From the NCBI GenBank assembly GCA_051530055.1, contig JBMGUZ010000056.1, positions 1 through 18,174 of the forward strand: DNA of 18,174 nt, read 5' to 3'. The notes under the pieces were generated by a model, which saw only the letters and a program-made list of their open reading frames with translations, did not search any database and was not told the origin of the DNA. Shown in pieces: positions 1 to 10,177 of this stretch. How positions within the stretch are numbered: position 1 is the stretch's first letter; every line of letters starts with the position of its first letter. The position numbers and the translations under genes are program-made. The stretch is from Neoechinorhynchus agilis. Lineage: Eukaryota; Animalia; Acanthocephala.

Positions 1-22
1 CATCACTACATTTCTTCCCCTT
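1..22 (-). promoter_or_regulatory. Polypurine tract (11-22) and first 10 nt of the 3' LTR (1-10)
   Basis: Minus strand reads AAGGGGAAGAAA followed directly by TGTAGTGATG, overlapping the integrase stop. This is the canonical PPT/TG junction. Confidence 0.8.
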
Positions 23-1001
23 GAAGATAACGGTACTTATCGTATGGCAATATAGGCTTTCGCCTTATTCGGGTACTTCGCCTGAGACCCAGTCCCTCGT
101 TCACTTCTTCTCGTGCTTCTGATTCATCTTCGTTTCTTTCACTTTGGTCATCTGGTAATCTAAATTCCTCATCGCTCATATTCCCTTCAACTTCACTACT
201 TTCCGTGCTCGATCTTTGTTCTGTTTCTTGTCGCGTATTGCCTCTTTCCACTTGCTGATCCGTTTCATTTTCATTCTCGCCCCTCCTTAAATCTCCGCCT
301 ACCTCTTCATTGATATTTTGCTTTGAATCCTCCTGATCTCTTTTCCCAATCGCTCTTTTTCTCAAATGGTCGGCATGTATTCTCTTTTCCCCTCTTGTTG
401 TTTGTACGACATAAGACAAAGGTCCATTCTGTTTCATTATGACACCCTCTTTCCATTCTTTTTTAATAGTGTCTCTAACCCACACCTTATCGTCCGCCTT
501 GTAATCTGTCAAAGTTGCACAATTCTCATCTTGGTTCTGTTTTTGCAGTGTTTGCTTGTTGTTGGATGTCTTAGTTGCACTCGGTTTTATATTATCCATC
601 AAAGACGTTAAACGTCGACCCATCATCATTTCGGCTGGACGTTTTTGTGTTATGGTGTGCGGGGTGTTTCTATAGCACAGAAGAAAATTTTGCAGACTTC
701 TTTGCTCGGGTTTTGTTCGTCGTTTTAGGGTCGCCACAAATCTCTCTGCCAGTCCATTTGTTTTAGGATGGTAGATGGAACTCCTACAATGTGAGATTTC
801 ATTTTCATTACAAAACGTTCTGAACTCATTTGAGATGAACTGCGGTCCGTTATCAGATACGATTCGTTCCGGGATTCCGAACCTAGCGAACGCCTCCCGC
901 AGGCAATTGATGGTTGTTTGTGCCGTTAAACTTGGTTTCAACCATACCTCTGGCCATTTTGAGAATGCGTCGACTGCTACCAGAAAATACATACCATCCA
1001 C
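6..1001 (-). CDS. pol: Gypsy integrase catalytic core and C-terminal region, lacking the N-terminal HHCC zinc finger
   Basis: FLVAVDAFSKWPEV (D at 969-971), IVSDNGPQF (D at 852-854) and NGLAERF (E at 744-746) with exactly 35 residues between the second D and E. Also YRNTPH, SH3-like KVWVRD...GPLSY and an acidic tail ending LRRSTRIRRKP. First ATG at 992. Confidence 0.93.
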   Translation of the reverse strand: MDGMYFLVAVDAFSKWPEVWLKPSLTAQTTINCLREAFARFGIPERIVSDNGPQFISNEFRTFCNENEISHCRSSIYHPKTNGLAERFVATLKRRTKPEQRSLQNFLLCYRNTPHTITQKRPAEMMMGRRLTSLMDNIKPSATKTSNNKQTLQKQNQDENCATLTDYKADDKVWVRDTIKKEWKEGVIMKQNGPLSYVVQTTRGEKRIHADHLRKRAIGKRDQEDSKQNINEEVGGDLRRGENENETDQQVERGNTRQETEQRSSTESSEVEGNMSDEEFRLPDDQSERNEDESEAREEVNEGLGLRRSTRIRRKPILPYDKYRYLQGEEM

Positions 1002-1009
1002 GGCTCATC

Positions 1010-2613
1010 CTTGCGTTTCACAAAATCCGTATCTTCAGATTTCGGTTTTACTGGCCATCCGGATATCAGATAACGCTTTACTCGAGCTACTTGTGTATCT
1101 CTGATTGATTCCTCTTTTAGTCTTGCCAAGGATAAATTCAGGATTGTCGGTGTTTCCTCCCTGACTCGCGCTATATCCATCTCAGGTTCATTTGAAAGAT
1201 CTGAATCCAGACTAATGGGTATTCGAGAAAGGACATCAGCGTAATAGTTATCAACACCGGCTACGTGCTTGACTTCATAATCGTATTCTGCCTAGAGTTA
1301 GCGACCTTTCCCAGATTCCGTTGGCGTCCGAAAATGTACTCAAGGGGTTTATGATCAGTATACAAGTCAAACTTTCGACCAAACACAAAATCGTGGAAAC
1401 GTTTCACGCCATATAGCAGCGCCAGGGCTTCTTTTTCAATTTGTGAGTTTTTCTCTGCGGACTTTTATACTCGGGAAGCAAAACATACAGGTTGCAGATC
1501 ACCTTTTTCACTTATGTGGAATAACACGGCTCCAAGTCCTGATTCACTAGCATCACATGCTAGTGCTATGCTTCTTTTCCGATCGTATGGAATCAATCCT
1601 CGCGGTCTTCTCAATGCTTCTTTGACCTTTTTAAACGCGTTCTGGTGGTCCTCACTCCATTGCTACGTTCTACCTTTCTGTGTTAATTCATAAAGCATCT
1701 TGCAGGATCGATGAAAATCGGCACAAAATCGTGCATGGAAATTTGCTAGACCTACAAAAGCTCTCAAATCTTTAGCATTCTTAGGTTCCGAAGCTTCTGC
1801 TAGCGCCAATGCTTTGTCATCCGAAGGTATTATCTGCCCCTGTTTAATTATATGACCCAGATATTGTACTTCCTTCTTTAAGAATTGGCACTTCTCTTCT
1901 TTCACTTTTACTCCAGCCTCGCTCAGCTTTTCGAACACTTTCCATATCCGGTTAACTTGCTCTTCTTCTGACTTTCCCGAGATAATTATATCATCCAAAT
2001 AAGCTCCTACTCCTTCTATCCCTCGCAGCAACTCTGAAATATATTTTTGAAAAATTGCTGGTGCGGCGGAAATTCCAAATGGTAGACGATTGTATTTGAA
2101 AAATCCGTACGGTGTTGCGATCGTCAGCAATTTGCTGGTCTGATCATCTACTGGAATTTGAGGCACCTCTCAGGTCTATAGTGCTATATTGGGTAGTACC
2201 TGCCAGTTTCTGTGTCAATTTTTCGAATGTAGGCATACAGTTGAATCTACTTGCAGGTGTTGATTTAAAGTTACTCGAAAATCTCCACATATTCTTACTT
2301 TTCCTCCGGTCTTTCGGACAACCACAATTGGTGTGGCCCATTTTATATTATCCCGGTTAGCATTCACACACGACAAAATGTTTAAATTTAATAACCGATC
2401 AAGTTCTTCTTCTAAGGGGTCTTGCAGAGCGAACGGAATCCCCCTCGCGCACCATATGCGTGGTTTAGCGTCCTCTTTCACTACCAAACTTGCTTGGAAA
2501 TTTTTTATCGCCTCTGGTTCACTGTTGAATACTGACGGAAACGCATTCTTCAGTTTCGAGCGCAGTTCTTCGCTTTTATCATCTCTTCCCAAATCAATCT
2601 TGTTCACATCCAC
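1010..2613 (-). pseudogene. pol: Gypsy reverse transcriptase + RNase H, frameshifted
   Basis: KWATPIVVVRKTGGKVRICGDFR; STIDL; YNRLPFGISAAPAIFQ; AYLDDIIISG (YLDD 1990-2001); VQYLGHII; LACDASESGLGAVL (about 1545-1565); IEKEALALLYGVKRFH; YTDHKPL; ADVLSR; GWP. The motifs are spread over several frames with in-frame stops. Confidence 0.93.
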
Positions 2614-2733
2614 GAGTTCCGCTGGAATTTTTTAAACCAAACTCTAACATCCATGGCTGCCCAAACAACGATCGACCAGATCCTGGCACCACAACTGCCT
2701 CGACTATCTTCTATTTACTACCAAACTTAACAT

Positions 2734-2960
2734 TCACTGAGCATCTTCCAAGATTCTCAATCTTGTTTCCCCAAACGCTCGAAGCTCATTCGTTGCTCTT
2801 AATTTCACCCTTCCGATTCGATGCCACAACGCTCGTGTAATTATGGACTCCGCCGCTCCAGTATCAAATTCCATTCTTATCCTAACTCCTTCGATGACTA
2901 CCGGAATCTCCGCTCTCTTTCCACCCGGAATATTGTAGATATGCCTTTCAAGTTCATCTT
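2734..2960 (-). pseudogene. Gypsy aspartic protease
   Basis: IEGVRIRMEFDTGAAESII with the DTG active-site motif at 2857-2865. Frameshifted relative to RT. Confidence 0.88.
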
Positions 2961-3008
2961 CATCCTTATTATATATTAGTTCTTCGCCTTTCATTGATTC
3001 GCGATCGC

Positions 3009-3780
3009 TTATATTTTGAATAAGGTTAACTCTGGAACGAGGTGAACAGCACCGCGCGAAGTATCCCATTTTTCCACATTTAACTTTCCTGGCAAAGCAA
3101 CTTTTTCCTCCAAATGTTCTCTGCCACAATATTTGCATTTCCTCACAAACACGACACTAGCGCCCTCATATTTGGGCTTATTTGGATAAATCTTCTGGAC
3201 AAACGATTTGTTTTCTTGACTATCCACACTCTCGACTTTTGGTGCTATCTCTAGTGCTTTCTTCGAAACTTCGTAAGTGTTAATGATGGTTTGCAATTTT
3301 TCGAGCGTCAAGTTCTCGTGTTAGAAGGCAGCCCTTCGTATCTCCTCATGTTGACTGTTTAATATTATGGTGTCTCTAATCTGTATTTCTGTTGCCTTCT
3401 GCTCATCTTGCACCTCCGCTTCAAAAGATTTACATCCTCCTGTAGCTTTGCCCGGGCTCCATTCTTGTGTTGCTGAAACGATACCGTGCAGCTACTTCAT
3501 GTATTTGTTGACTATATAACTTTGATATTGTACTTTTCAATTCTTTGAAAGAACAGTCACTGGGTTTCTTCATACCCAAACTTTTCCGGATTTTCGCGTA
3601 AATCTGCGGGCTGGTCCATGCTAAGAGGCAAGCTTGCATCACTTCTTGGGTTTCAACCCCACAGTATTCTAGGTGCTTTGCCAATTGCTCTTCATAATCC
3701 TCCCACATCTCACTATCCGGATCGAAGGATCGAAAAACTTAGATATCCCTGTGGTTCTGTTCGGATCTCTTCTCGTTCGA
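3009..3780 (-). pseudogene. gag: Gypsy gag (Mag-like, paired CCHC knuckles), frameshifted
   Basis: WEDYEEQL...ACLLAW...KKPSDCSFKEL...AARYRF gag N-terminal pattern; IRDTII...NLTLEK; knuckle remnants CKYCGREH and CFARKVKC..KMGYFARCC in different frames. Confidence 0.8.
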
Positions 3781-3856
3781 CTTTTTATGTCCCATCTGTT
3801 CGATCATTAATTGTAACAACTCCTGTTGCTTCTCTATCAGGGACTGAACCATCGAG

Positions 3857-3874
3857 ATCCCACACTCGTCGCCA
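3857..3874 (-). promoter_or_regulatory. Primer-binding site, probably for tRNA-Ser(GCU)
   Basis: Minus strand reads TGGCGACGAGTGTGGGAT, 2 nt after the LTR-terminal CA. Its complement ATCCCACACTCGTCGCCA resembles the 3' end plus CCA of animal tRNA-Ser(GCU) as recalled (...ATCCCAYCCTCGTCGCCA). Confidence 0.85.
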
Positions 3875-3876
3875 GA

Positions 3877-4047
3877 TGTCACGCTTTGGTTTCCTTGACA
3901 TGAATATATGTTTATTTTTTTTAATATATATAGCGCGCACGCACAACATCAACAAAACATAACGTTATATAATCGATATGGTTTCAATGACGTCAATTCG
4001 TCCGAAAGTTGAGAATTTTCTCCAAAACCGCATTCTATCATATAACA
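3877..4047 (-). repeat. Putative 5' LTR (about 171 bp)
   Basis: Minus strand TGTTAT...GTGACA termini, with a TATA-like TTATATAA and an AATAAA inside. The PBS-proximal end is firm. The distal end (4047) is inferred only from the TGT/ACA terminus. Confidence 0.6.
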
Positions 4048-5536
4048 GTGGATCGCCTATGCACTGATTTTGTCGGATCTATCAACTCACTCCGACTGCT
4101 GAAAAAGAATCCGTCTCAGATTGTACCAGAATGGTAGCCTAATTCATTAACTTGGAAGGCTTCTTCATCTAGGAAATATTTCAGTGGAGGAACAAGCGTT
4201 TCAGAAAACTCTTCTGATATTTTCTTTACCTCGGTGCCGAGAATAAATGTCGCTGTTTGAGAAAATATAAAAAGGGATAAGATCGAAAAAAGGCAGCTTG
4301 CACCCCATCACCAAATAAAATGGATAGCAAAATCGATGGTCCTTCTCTTTGACGTAGAAAACAAACGATCCGATTCCCACTTGTTGATAGGTCACTAAGA
4401 TAAAGATCAAGAGTATTTACAATAGTAGGCGACACAAGAAGATTTGTCCAAAGACCGAAGAAACTTGCAGCCACAAGATTCGGAGCCGTCCTTGGGATAG
4501 AAAATGATGCACTCGCCATGAGAATAGCCGCTGTTTCAGAATCCTGCGATCATTACCAGCAACATGCCTATTAAATCATTTCTAACGAAAGGAATTTTAT
4601 AAAAGAAACAAGGAAACTCACTTTCAATGAAAGGAAGTAAATCGAGGCAGAGGCGACGTCTTATTCCCTTGATGAATGGCCGAAGATTCTAATGGTGAAA
4701 TTCGTACCCCGAACTCTGGTGATCACACGTATGATGGCTGCATATTGAAATCCAACCTAAAATTGAAGTAGCAAAGAACAAAAGTTGCAGTTGCGATACC
4801 CAATGCTTTCAGAAATACACTTTCTGCCCAGCCGTCACCTCTTTTCCTTAGATTATGGTTTCTAAACCAGAGCCGTATTGCAGAGCCCCTCATTAGAGAT
4901 AAAATTTAACTCTCTGAGAACTTCGTCCTTTTGCTATGTAACTCTTCGACTTTGTTGAATTGAAGACGGCGCATTCCGTAACAGTCGTCATCGAACGAAT
5001 AACTCCAATCGTTCGATAATATACAAATTATAGTTTTTCGGAAAACCTTCGTAAATCCATCTTGGCCATGGTGCGTGTATATTCCGTGAAGTGTCCTCAC
5101 TGTTAAGTACATTTCGTAATGCTACTATCTAGAATATATTTTTCGTAAGGAAGAGTTTTAGTTTCATTTTATAGTTTCTGTATACGTGAGGAAAAATGAA
5201 GTGTTGAGACTTAGACCTACAGTTTACTCACAAAGCAGAGAACGGACAAAGAGAGTCGTCATTGGACTTAGCGACTACTATGTTATGTGATTTTGCATGA
5301 AATCTCCATAGTGCCAATCTTAATCATGTGATTACACATCGCTTCCGGACGTCCAACGGTTGGTCAGAAGTCATTCGATAATTTTATTTGTAAATCAAAA
5401 TAGATGTCATCGGTTATCATGGTTACTCACGCTATCGGTTTTTATATCGATGCATTTTCTCGGATCACTTCATTGGTATTAGCGTAGCTGATAATTTTAT
5501 GAAATAAACAACAAAATATTTATCGGGCTTTTTCCA

Positions 5537-5644
5537 ATGAACCGAATCGGTAGACGTGTGAAAATATGTTGTATTAAAGCTACGGAAATCAAAGAATTGT
5601 TCTCCATTGACGAAGCTTTTCTGGATTTTATGAATGGGAGGTGA
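5537..5644 (+). pseudogene. Possible eroded Y-family DNA polymerase fragment
   Basis: 35-codon frame MNRIGRRVKICCIKATEIKELFSIDEAFLDFMNGR contains SIDEAFLD (5603-5626), the Y-family catalytic motif. No convincing motif I or downstream motifs. Confidence 0.25.
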
Positions 5645-5929
5645 AAAATTAAAAGATCTTTTAATTGTAGATTTTTTTAAAGAATGTTGAGTCGTTATAT
5701 ACAAAAATTGAACTCATGTGTCCATTATTTGATGGATGTGCGTGAAGCACATTCCTAAAGTGCCCTTCTATGTGTTCAATAAAATACATTCATTTGATTG
5801 TTCAGTTACATCAATGAAGTCCGCATTATGCCGATTAATTTCATAAGAAAGTTAGAATCTATGCATACTGCGAGGATTTAGCGTCTAATTGTATTGTATG
5901 CGTCTGTACTTTTGCTACGTTGCATCGTA

Positions 5930-7090
5930 GGTATAAGCCCGTCAAATTGAATTAGACTCCCCAAGGGATATAAAATACACGACAGCAGTCCTGTTATGCG
6001 GGCAATTCGCGTCTCTTAAAATCAGGGTCATCGTATGTACGACAGTTCCCTTTACCTTTAAGATACAATGTCGATTGGCTTCCAGAAAATTAACTGTTGT
6101 ACGACCTGTGAGCAAGATGCCTAGGACCGAATTATATTGTCCGTGAACTGCAGTCGTCCGCGGCGCAAATATTCACTGGGCGGTATGGACTCCGGTTCTC
6201 TTGTACAGTGCTTTGTTGGCCACTTTATCTGACCCTTGAACGCTATCGTAGAGAGATGAATGATTTTGGGTCCAACTGCCTCGTCGCTAGTGGATGACAG
6301 TGTCCAGGTCTGCATTGTAGTAGAGAATGCTCTCAATTAGAGCTCCTGAACAGCTGCTTCGAACGGGAGTTCATCTGGCAAAGACTCACTGTCAAACAGT
6401 GGTTTAAGTTGCCCCATTGCTCTCCAAGCTATAGCTCTCCGTCGGCTGACATCCGAACTCACCTCAGGAACGACAGCTCCCAGATAGACATACCACTCGT
6501 CTGTTTTAATTGCCCAACGCCATTCGGCCCCTTCGCCAGAGGTCAAGAATTCCGTCTTTCTCGAGTTGATGGTCAGACCAATCATACTCGCCCTCTCGCA
6601 CAGTCCATTTAGCATGCGTTGTTTCTCTGACTGTTGAGGGCATCAATACGATGTCGTCGGCATATGCCATGTAGGAGGCGCGTATCTCGACACTTGCATT
6701 CCTTTTTCTCAGCCATGGGAAAACCATCTTCACCATTCGGCAGTGCCCATCCCATTACCCAGTCAAGTGACCAAGATGAAGAGGACGCCTTGCAGAACAC
6801 CTGAAGTAGTGGAAAAGTACCCCGTCAAACCGTCAGCTGTCTTGACGGCGGACCTCTTGTGTTTTTATACACGCGTATAAATGGGATGTGACAATGATTG
6901 GCGGCACTCCATACCTTTAAGATACCGCCAATCATCGCTCGATTTACCGAATCGAAAGCTCGACGGGAAATCAACAAATACCAGCGTCGCTGATTTTTGC
7001 AAATCTTGTAGATGTCTGAAGTATGGAATTTTTGTCCACGAAATATTAAGTAATAAGAATATTTCTCGGAATTTGATCCGCACAACAAGA
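5930..7090 (-). mobile_element. 5'-truncated, degenerate RTE-like non-LTR retrotransposon
   Basis: CADQI; LVFVDF + RAFDSVNR; TSGVLQG; LDWVM; MAYADDIVL (YADD 6653-6664); GLTINSRKTE; YVYLG; RRAIAWRAMGQL; QTWTL; RGRLQF; LIFWKP. The motifs lie across multiple frames. Ends are approximate. Confidence 0.88.
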
Positions 7091-7129
7091 AAAAAATAGA
7101 ATACCTTCGAAGCAGAGATTGCTCTCTCG

Positions 7130-7760
7130 CCTTGGTCAAGACATATGAGAAACCAATTCCTTGCCTATCACAATGAAAGATTGCCATCTGCAAAAATTTA
7201 CATCATAGAAATTAGATATTACGAAAAATTCAAGAATTCCTGTCAAGAGTTGTACCTTCAACTAAAGCTTATTTGGATGATATTATCATCACAGGCGCGA
7301 ACGACGAGGAGCATATTCAAACCTAAATACGGTGTTGACGAAGTTGGAAGAAGCCGGAATAAATGTTAGAAGAGAAAAATGTTAGTTCATTAAAAGAGTG
7401 GTTAAATATTTTGGGCATATGTTGTTGATGGCAAGTTGTGTGCAAACAGCGAAGAAGTAGATGACTTACAAAGAGCAATGGAACCAGGAACAAACGAGAG
7501 CTGCGTACGTTTTTAGGAACTTCCCGGATCGCTTTATTCCGAACTTTCAGGCGATCTGCACACCCTATATGATTTTGATAAAGACAAAAGCTGTTTGGAT
7601 ATGGCGGAAGGAGCAGACAGTGTGTTCGGAGAGCGCGTCAAGGAAGCTATCGCGAACGCATAAAATTATATGACGAAAAGAAACCACTAATTTTGGCGTG
7701 CGATGCAAGTGACTATGGTATTGGAGCCGCCTTATCAGCCAATGGTCAGGGGCCCAGGGA
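7130..7760 (+). mobile_element. Second gypsy (Mag-like) fragment: RT C-terminal half, connection and start of RNase H
   Basis: KAYLDDIIITGANDEEH (YLDD 7270-7281); VLTKLEEAGINVRREKC; VKYFGH; LRTFLG; RFIPNF; YDEKKPLILACDASDYGIGAAL. Related in protein sequence to the element at 1-4047 but not a DNA copy of it. Confidence 0.9.
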
Positions 7761-8312
7761 AGCGCCAATTATGTTGACGTCACTGAAATAGAGAGCACAG
7801 GATTCACGGAGACTTTTTAAAGTACAGAGACGAAGAAGCTGAACGGAAAAAGAGGAGGAAGGGAATAAGGGAAACACGCCTTGGATCGAAGACAAGCGAG
7901 ACGGTGAACATAGGTTGTGAACGTGTGTGTGGTGTGCGCCAAGCGATTTTTTAAGGGTTTTTAAGAACTCTCTCGAAATGATTTTTCGAAAGACCTTTTT
8001 ATATTGAGCAATGACACCTAATTCCGTCTTTATTTAGTTCATGTGTTGGATCATTTATGGCATGAGTACCGATCGCGTCGGGGGATTATCGTTTCATGTC
8101 TATAATAGTTCACATTTTCTTGCTCTACGATTTTGATTCTAAACCAACTCCTTAAACATATGTGAGACTGTCGTTTTAACCTCATACATAGAAAAAGTGC
8201 AACCTTGTGCAAAAAACCTCTAATCCTATTTTGAACGTGCTACAGATTGTTGTTTCATTATTTTTCTGGTTTTTATCCGACCCTTAGATAATTCTCTTCG
8301 GTCGATTCAATT

Positions 8313-8888
8313 TTGTTGATTTTTCAGAACAAAAACCTACAGCAATGGTCAAACAAAAGTCTGAATGGACCACAACACCGGTTTCTTCGTGTATCTCGGC
8401 CAGTTTCATGTTTGGTTACGGGAATAGGTGCGCCCAATCAATACCAGTTCACTGAACCGTTCCTGGACAAGAAGTTCGAACTCTGTGATGTGAATGAAGA
8501 GACCTTCCGTATAGAGAATAAGTGCTCCGAACGTGGCAAGCGTTTCATTCAATGAGAGTGCTACTAAGTCAGACGGGACGAAGCGACAATAGTGATCTGG
8601 ATAAGCTTGGAGCAAAAGAAATTTGACCGACAAGTCTTTGTACAAGAGCTCATCAATGGCATCAGTCAAACATTGTTCGTGGTTGGTAATTTAATTGGAG
8701 CTATAACAGGCCCATACTGGCTAAAATGTTCTGATTTTTTTGACCGAAGAAGGATTTTCTACGCCAATTACCCGTTCACTTACTTGTTTGCTATTCTCAT
8801 CATCGTGGGTCCTACTATAAGCGATGCGTTTCTTTGTTTTATATTTCTCGATTCGTGCACGGAATCCAAGGTGGTATGGCGTGTTTGA
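8313..8888 (+). pseudogene. Probable MFS (SLC22/organic cation or sugar transporter-like) N-terminal relic
   Basis: ORFs 8313-8555 and 8592-8888 share a frame and are separated by TGA and TAA. The translation has a Cys-containing loop, then ATIV, then QTLFVVGNLIGAITG...SDFFDRRRIF (resembling the Q-x-x-F-x-x-G-x-x-x-G...SDRFGRR of TM2-TM3 and motif A), then a hydrophobic segment. It is truncated after about TM4. Confidence 0.5.
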
Positions 8889-9272
8889 TCGTTACATGTT
8901 TTTATTCCGTTTTAGCGCCTCATAAATATAAAAAATTGCTGCTATAATTTCTGATTATTATGTTGTTGACGATTAAAAAATTTAGAGAAAATCCACTGGT
9001 TTGGTTAGCGGTTAGCATTCATGACGATATAGAGAGAAAATTGGAGGATAAATAAACATAAAATTAGATCGAGGCGGGAGATGGCCAAACCGTGGACAGT
9101 ACCAGAGAAATCAAGGTCAAAGGGGGAACGATGCAGAACCACAAAGACAATATAATGGAAAAAGCAAAATAATTAATATGTCGATAGATGAATCCCATAA
9201 TGTCGAACCATATTTTTAAACCTAATGATTTTGAATGTTTAGAAATAGATACGCTGCGACAAGAACGCAGCG

Positions 9273-10130
9273 TTGAAACACGTCCAAAAAATGTTTACTG
9301 TACAAAAATTAAATAAGTCAATGAAAATGATGATCAATTATTTTCCACTGACCAACTCAACTCCTTTCAGAGTAAAGCAGTACGATGTGAGGATTGAAGA
9401 TAAAGATAGAGGTTTGGGTGTCACTAACCCAAACGGAGAAAACGTCTTATCTTCATTAAAACAGCGAATTATAATTAAAAAAGCGATATTGAAAATGGCA
9501 AATGATCTTGAAAAAGAATTCAAGTACCGAACTGTATACAACGGTGGTCGTGTGGTTTACTCACTTAGCGATTTCGCCACAGGCAGGGATGAGTGTTCAA
9601 TACTCGTCTCTGAAAAGTACCTGGTTATATTTAAGAAAACCAATGAAATCGATATGGAGCAGGACATTACATTGATAAGAAACATGATCGGAAAATCTGT
9701 TGCACTCCGTCCGCAGATGGCAATAATCGATATTGTCCTTAAATTCGCACTAACGAATCTTCTAATTAACTTTGGGAGATCTTTTTTTCCTTTAAATGAT
9801 CCACCATCGACTCGATTCGGAATCTTCGCCAGTGCCGTGATTGCATTCGACGCTTTAGCATTGAATGTCGATGTCGCAAATGCAGTTATCGCACCCGAAA
9901 TATCGTTGCTTGATTTCCTTCGGAAAAAAGGAATATCGGAAGACGATTTAACCGCCAGCAAAACTAATCCTCAATTATTACAATCGATTAGTGAATTTTT
10001 GAAGGACCGAACAAAGATCATTGTAAAATATGATTCGGAATTGAAGCATAAGCGGTACGCCACCTTTAATTCCTTTAAGATGGAATCACCTTTTGAATAC
10101 AAATTCGTTTTAAACAATGACGATAGTTAA
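9273..10130 (+). CDS. AGO: Argonaute N domain + L1 (DUF1785-like) + first part of PAZ
   Basis: MINYFPL, VKQYDVRI, VYNGGRVVYSL, FGRSFF, GIFAS...LALNVDVA, SLLDFL, IIVKY. First in-frame ATG at 9291. Confidence 0.85.
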   Translation: MKHVQKMFTVQKLNKSMKMMINYFPLTNSTPFRVKQYDVRIEDKDRGLGVTNPNGENVLSSLKQRIIIKKAILKMANDLEKEFKYRTVYNGGRVVYSLSDFATGRDECSILVSEKYLVIFKKTNEIDMEQDITLIRNMIGKSVALRPQMAIIDIVLKFALTNLLINFGRSFFPLNDPPSTRFGIFASAVIAFDALALNVDVANAVIAPEISLLDFLRKKGISEDDLTASKTNPQLLQSISEFLKDRTKIIVKYDSELKHKRYATFNSFKMESPFEYKFVLNNDDS

Positions 10131-10177
10131 TCGAATATTAGCGTTCGTTAATTTTTCGAAGAACATTACGGCCATGA

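Larger units (their letters stand above)
1..4047 (-). mobile_element. Degenerate Ty3/gypsy LTR retrotransposon (Mag/K02A2.6-like); 3' LTR runs off the window start
   Basis: Order on the minus strand is LTR - PBS - gag (zinc knuckles) - protease (DTG) - RT (YLDD) - RNase H (CDAS) - integrase (D,D35E) - PPT - TG. RT-RH-IN order is diagnostic of Ty3/gypsy. Many frameshifts and stops between about 1000 and 3800. Confidence 0.96.

Noticed and set aside
1-10. 3' LTR start (TGTAGTGATG) does not match the proposed 5' LTR start (TGTTATATGA); possible chimeric element
   Set aside because: Only 10 nt of the 3' LTR are in the window and the distal 5' LTR boundary is uncertain. Decay or deletion explains it equally well.
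3988-3995. TGACGTCA (ATF/CREB-type palindrome) here and at 7775-7782
   Set aside because: Two copies of an 8-mer in 18 kb is only mildly above chance, and there is no functional evidence.
4201-5112. Short minus-strand ORFs (4226-4519, 4906-5112) with hydrophobic stretches
   Set aside because: No recognisable motif. They could be chance or an unidentifiable relic.
7772-8016. Possible solo LTR (TGT...ACA termini, TATAAAA and pyrimidine-rich tract on the minus strand)
   Set aside because: No 4-6 bp TSD, no adjacent PBS or PPT, and no second copy in the window.
10128-10151. Alternative genetic code (TAA = Gln/Glu, as in ciliates or Blastocrithidia) to explain the in-frame stops
   Set aside because: The Argonaute ends at the conserved YFC followed by TAA. 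About 1,300 other codons in the long ORFs contain no internal TAA/TAG. Stops in the gypsy element fall at expected Leu positions. Recoding would also not fix the frameshift.
10126-10161. Ultra-short GT-AG introns GTTAATCGAATATTAG (16 nt, 10126-10141) and GTTAATTTTTCGAAG (15 nt, 10147-10161), Stentor/mikrocytid-like
   Set aside because: Each removes a TAA, but no single or combined splice reaches the downstream frame without another stop, and splicing would delete or shift the recognisable PAZ motif. A 95-nt intron (10126-10220) restores the frame but removes the PAZ core. RNA-seq could still test it.
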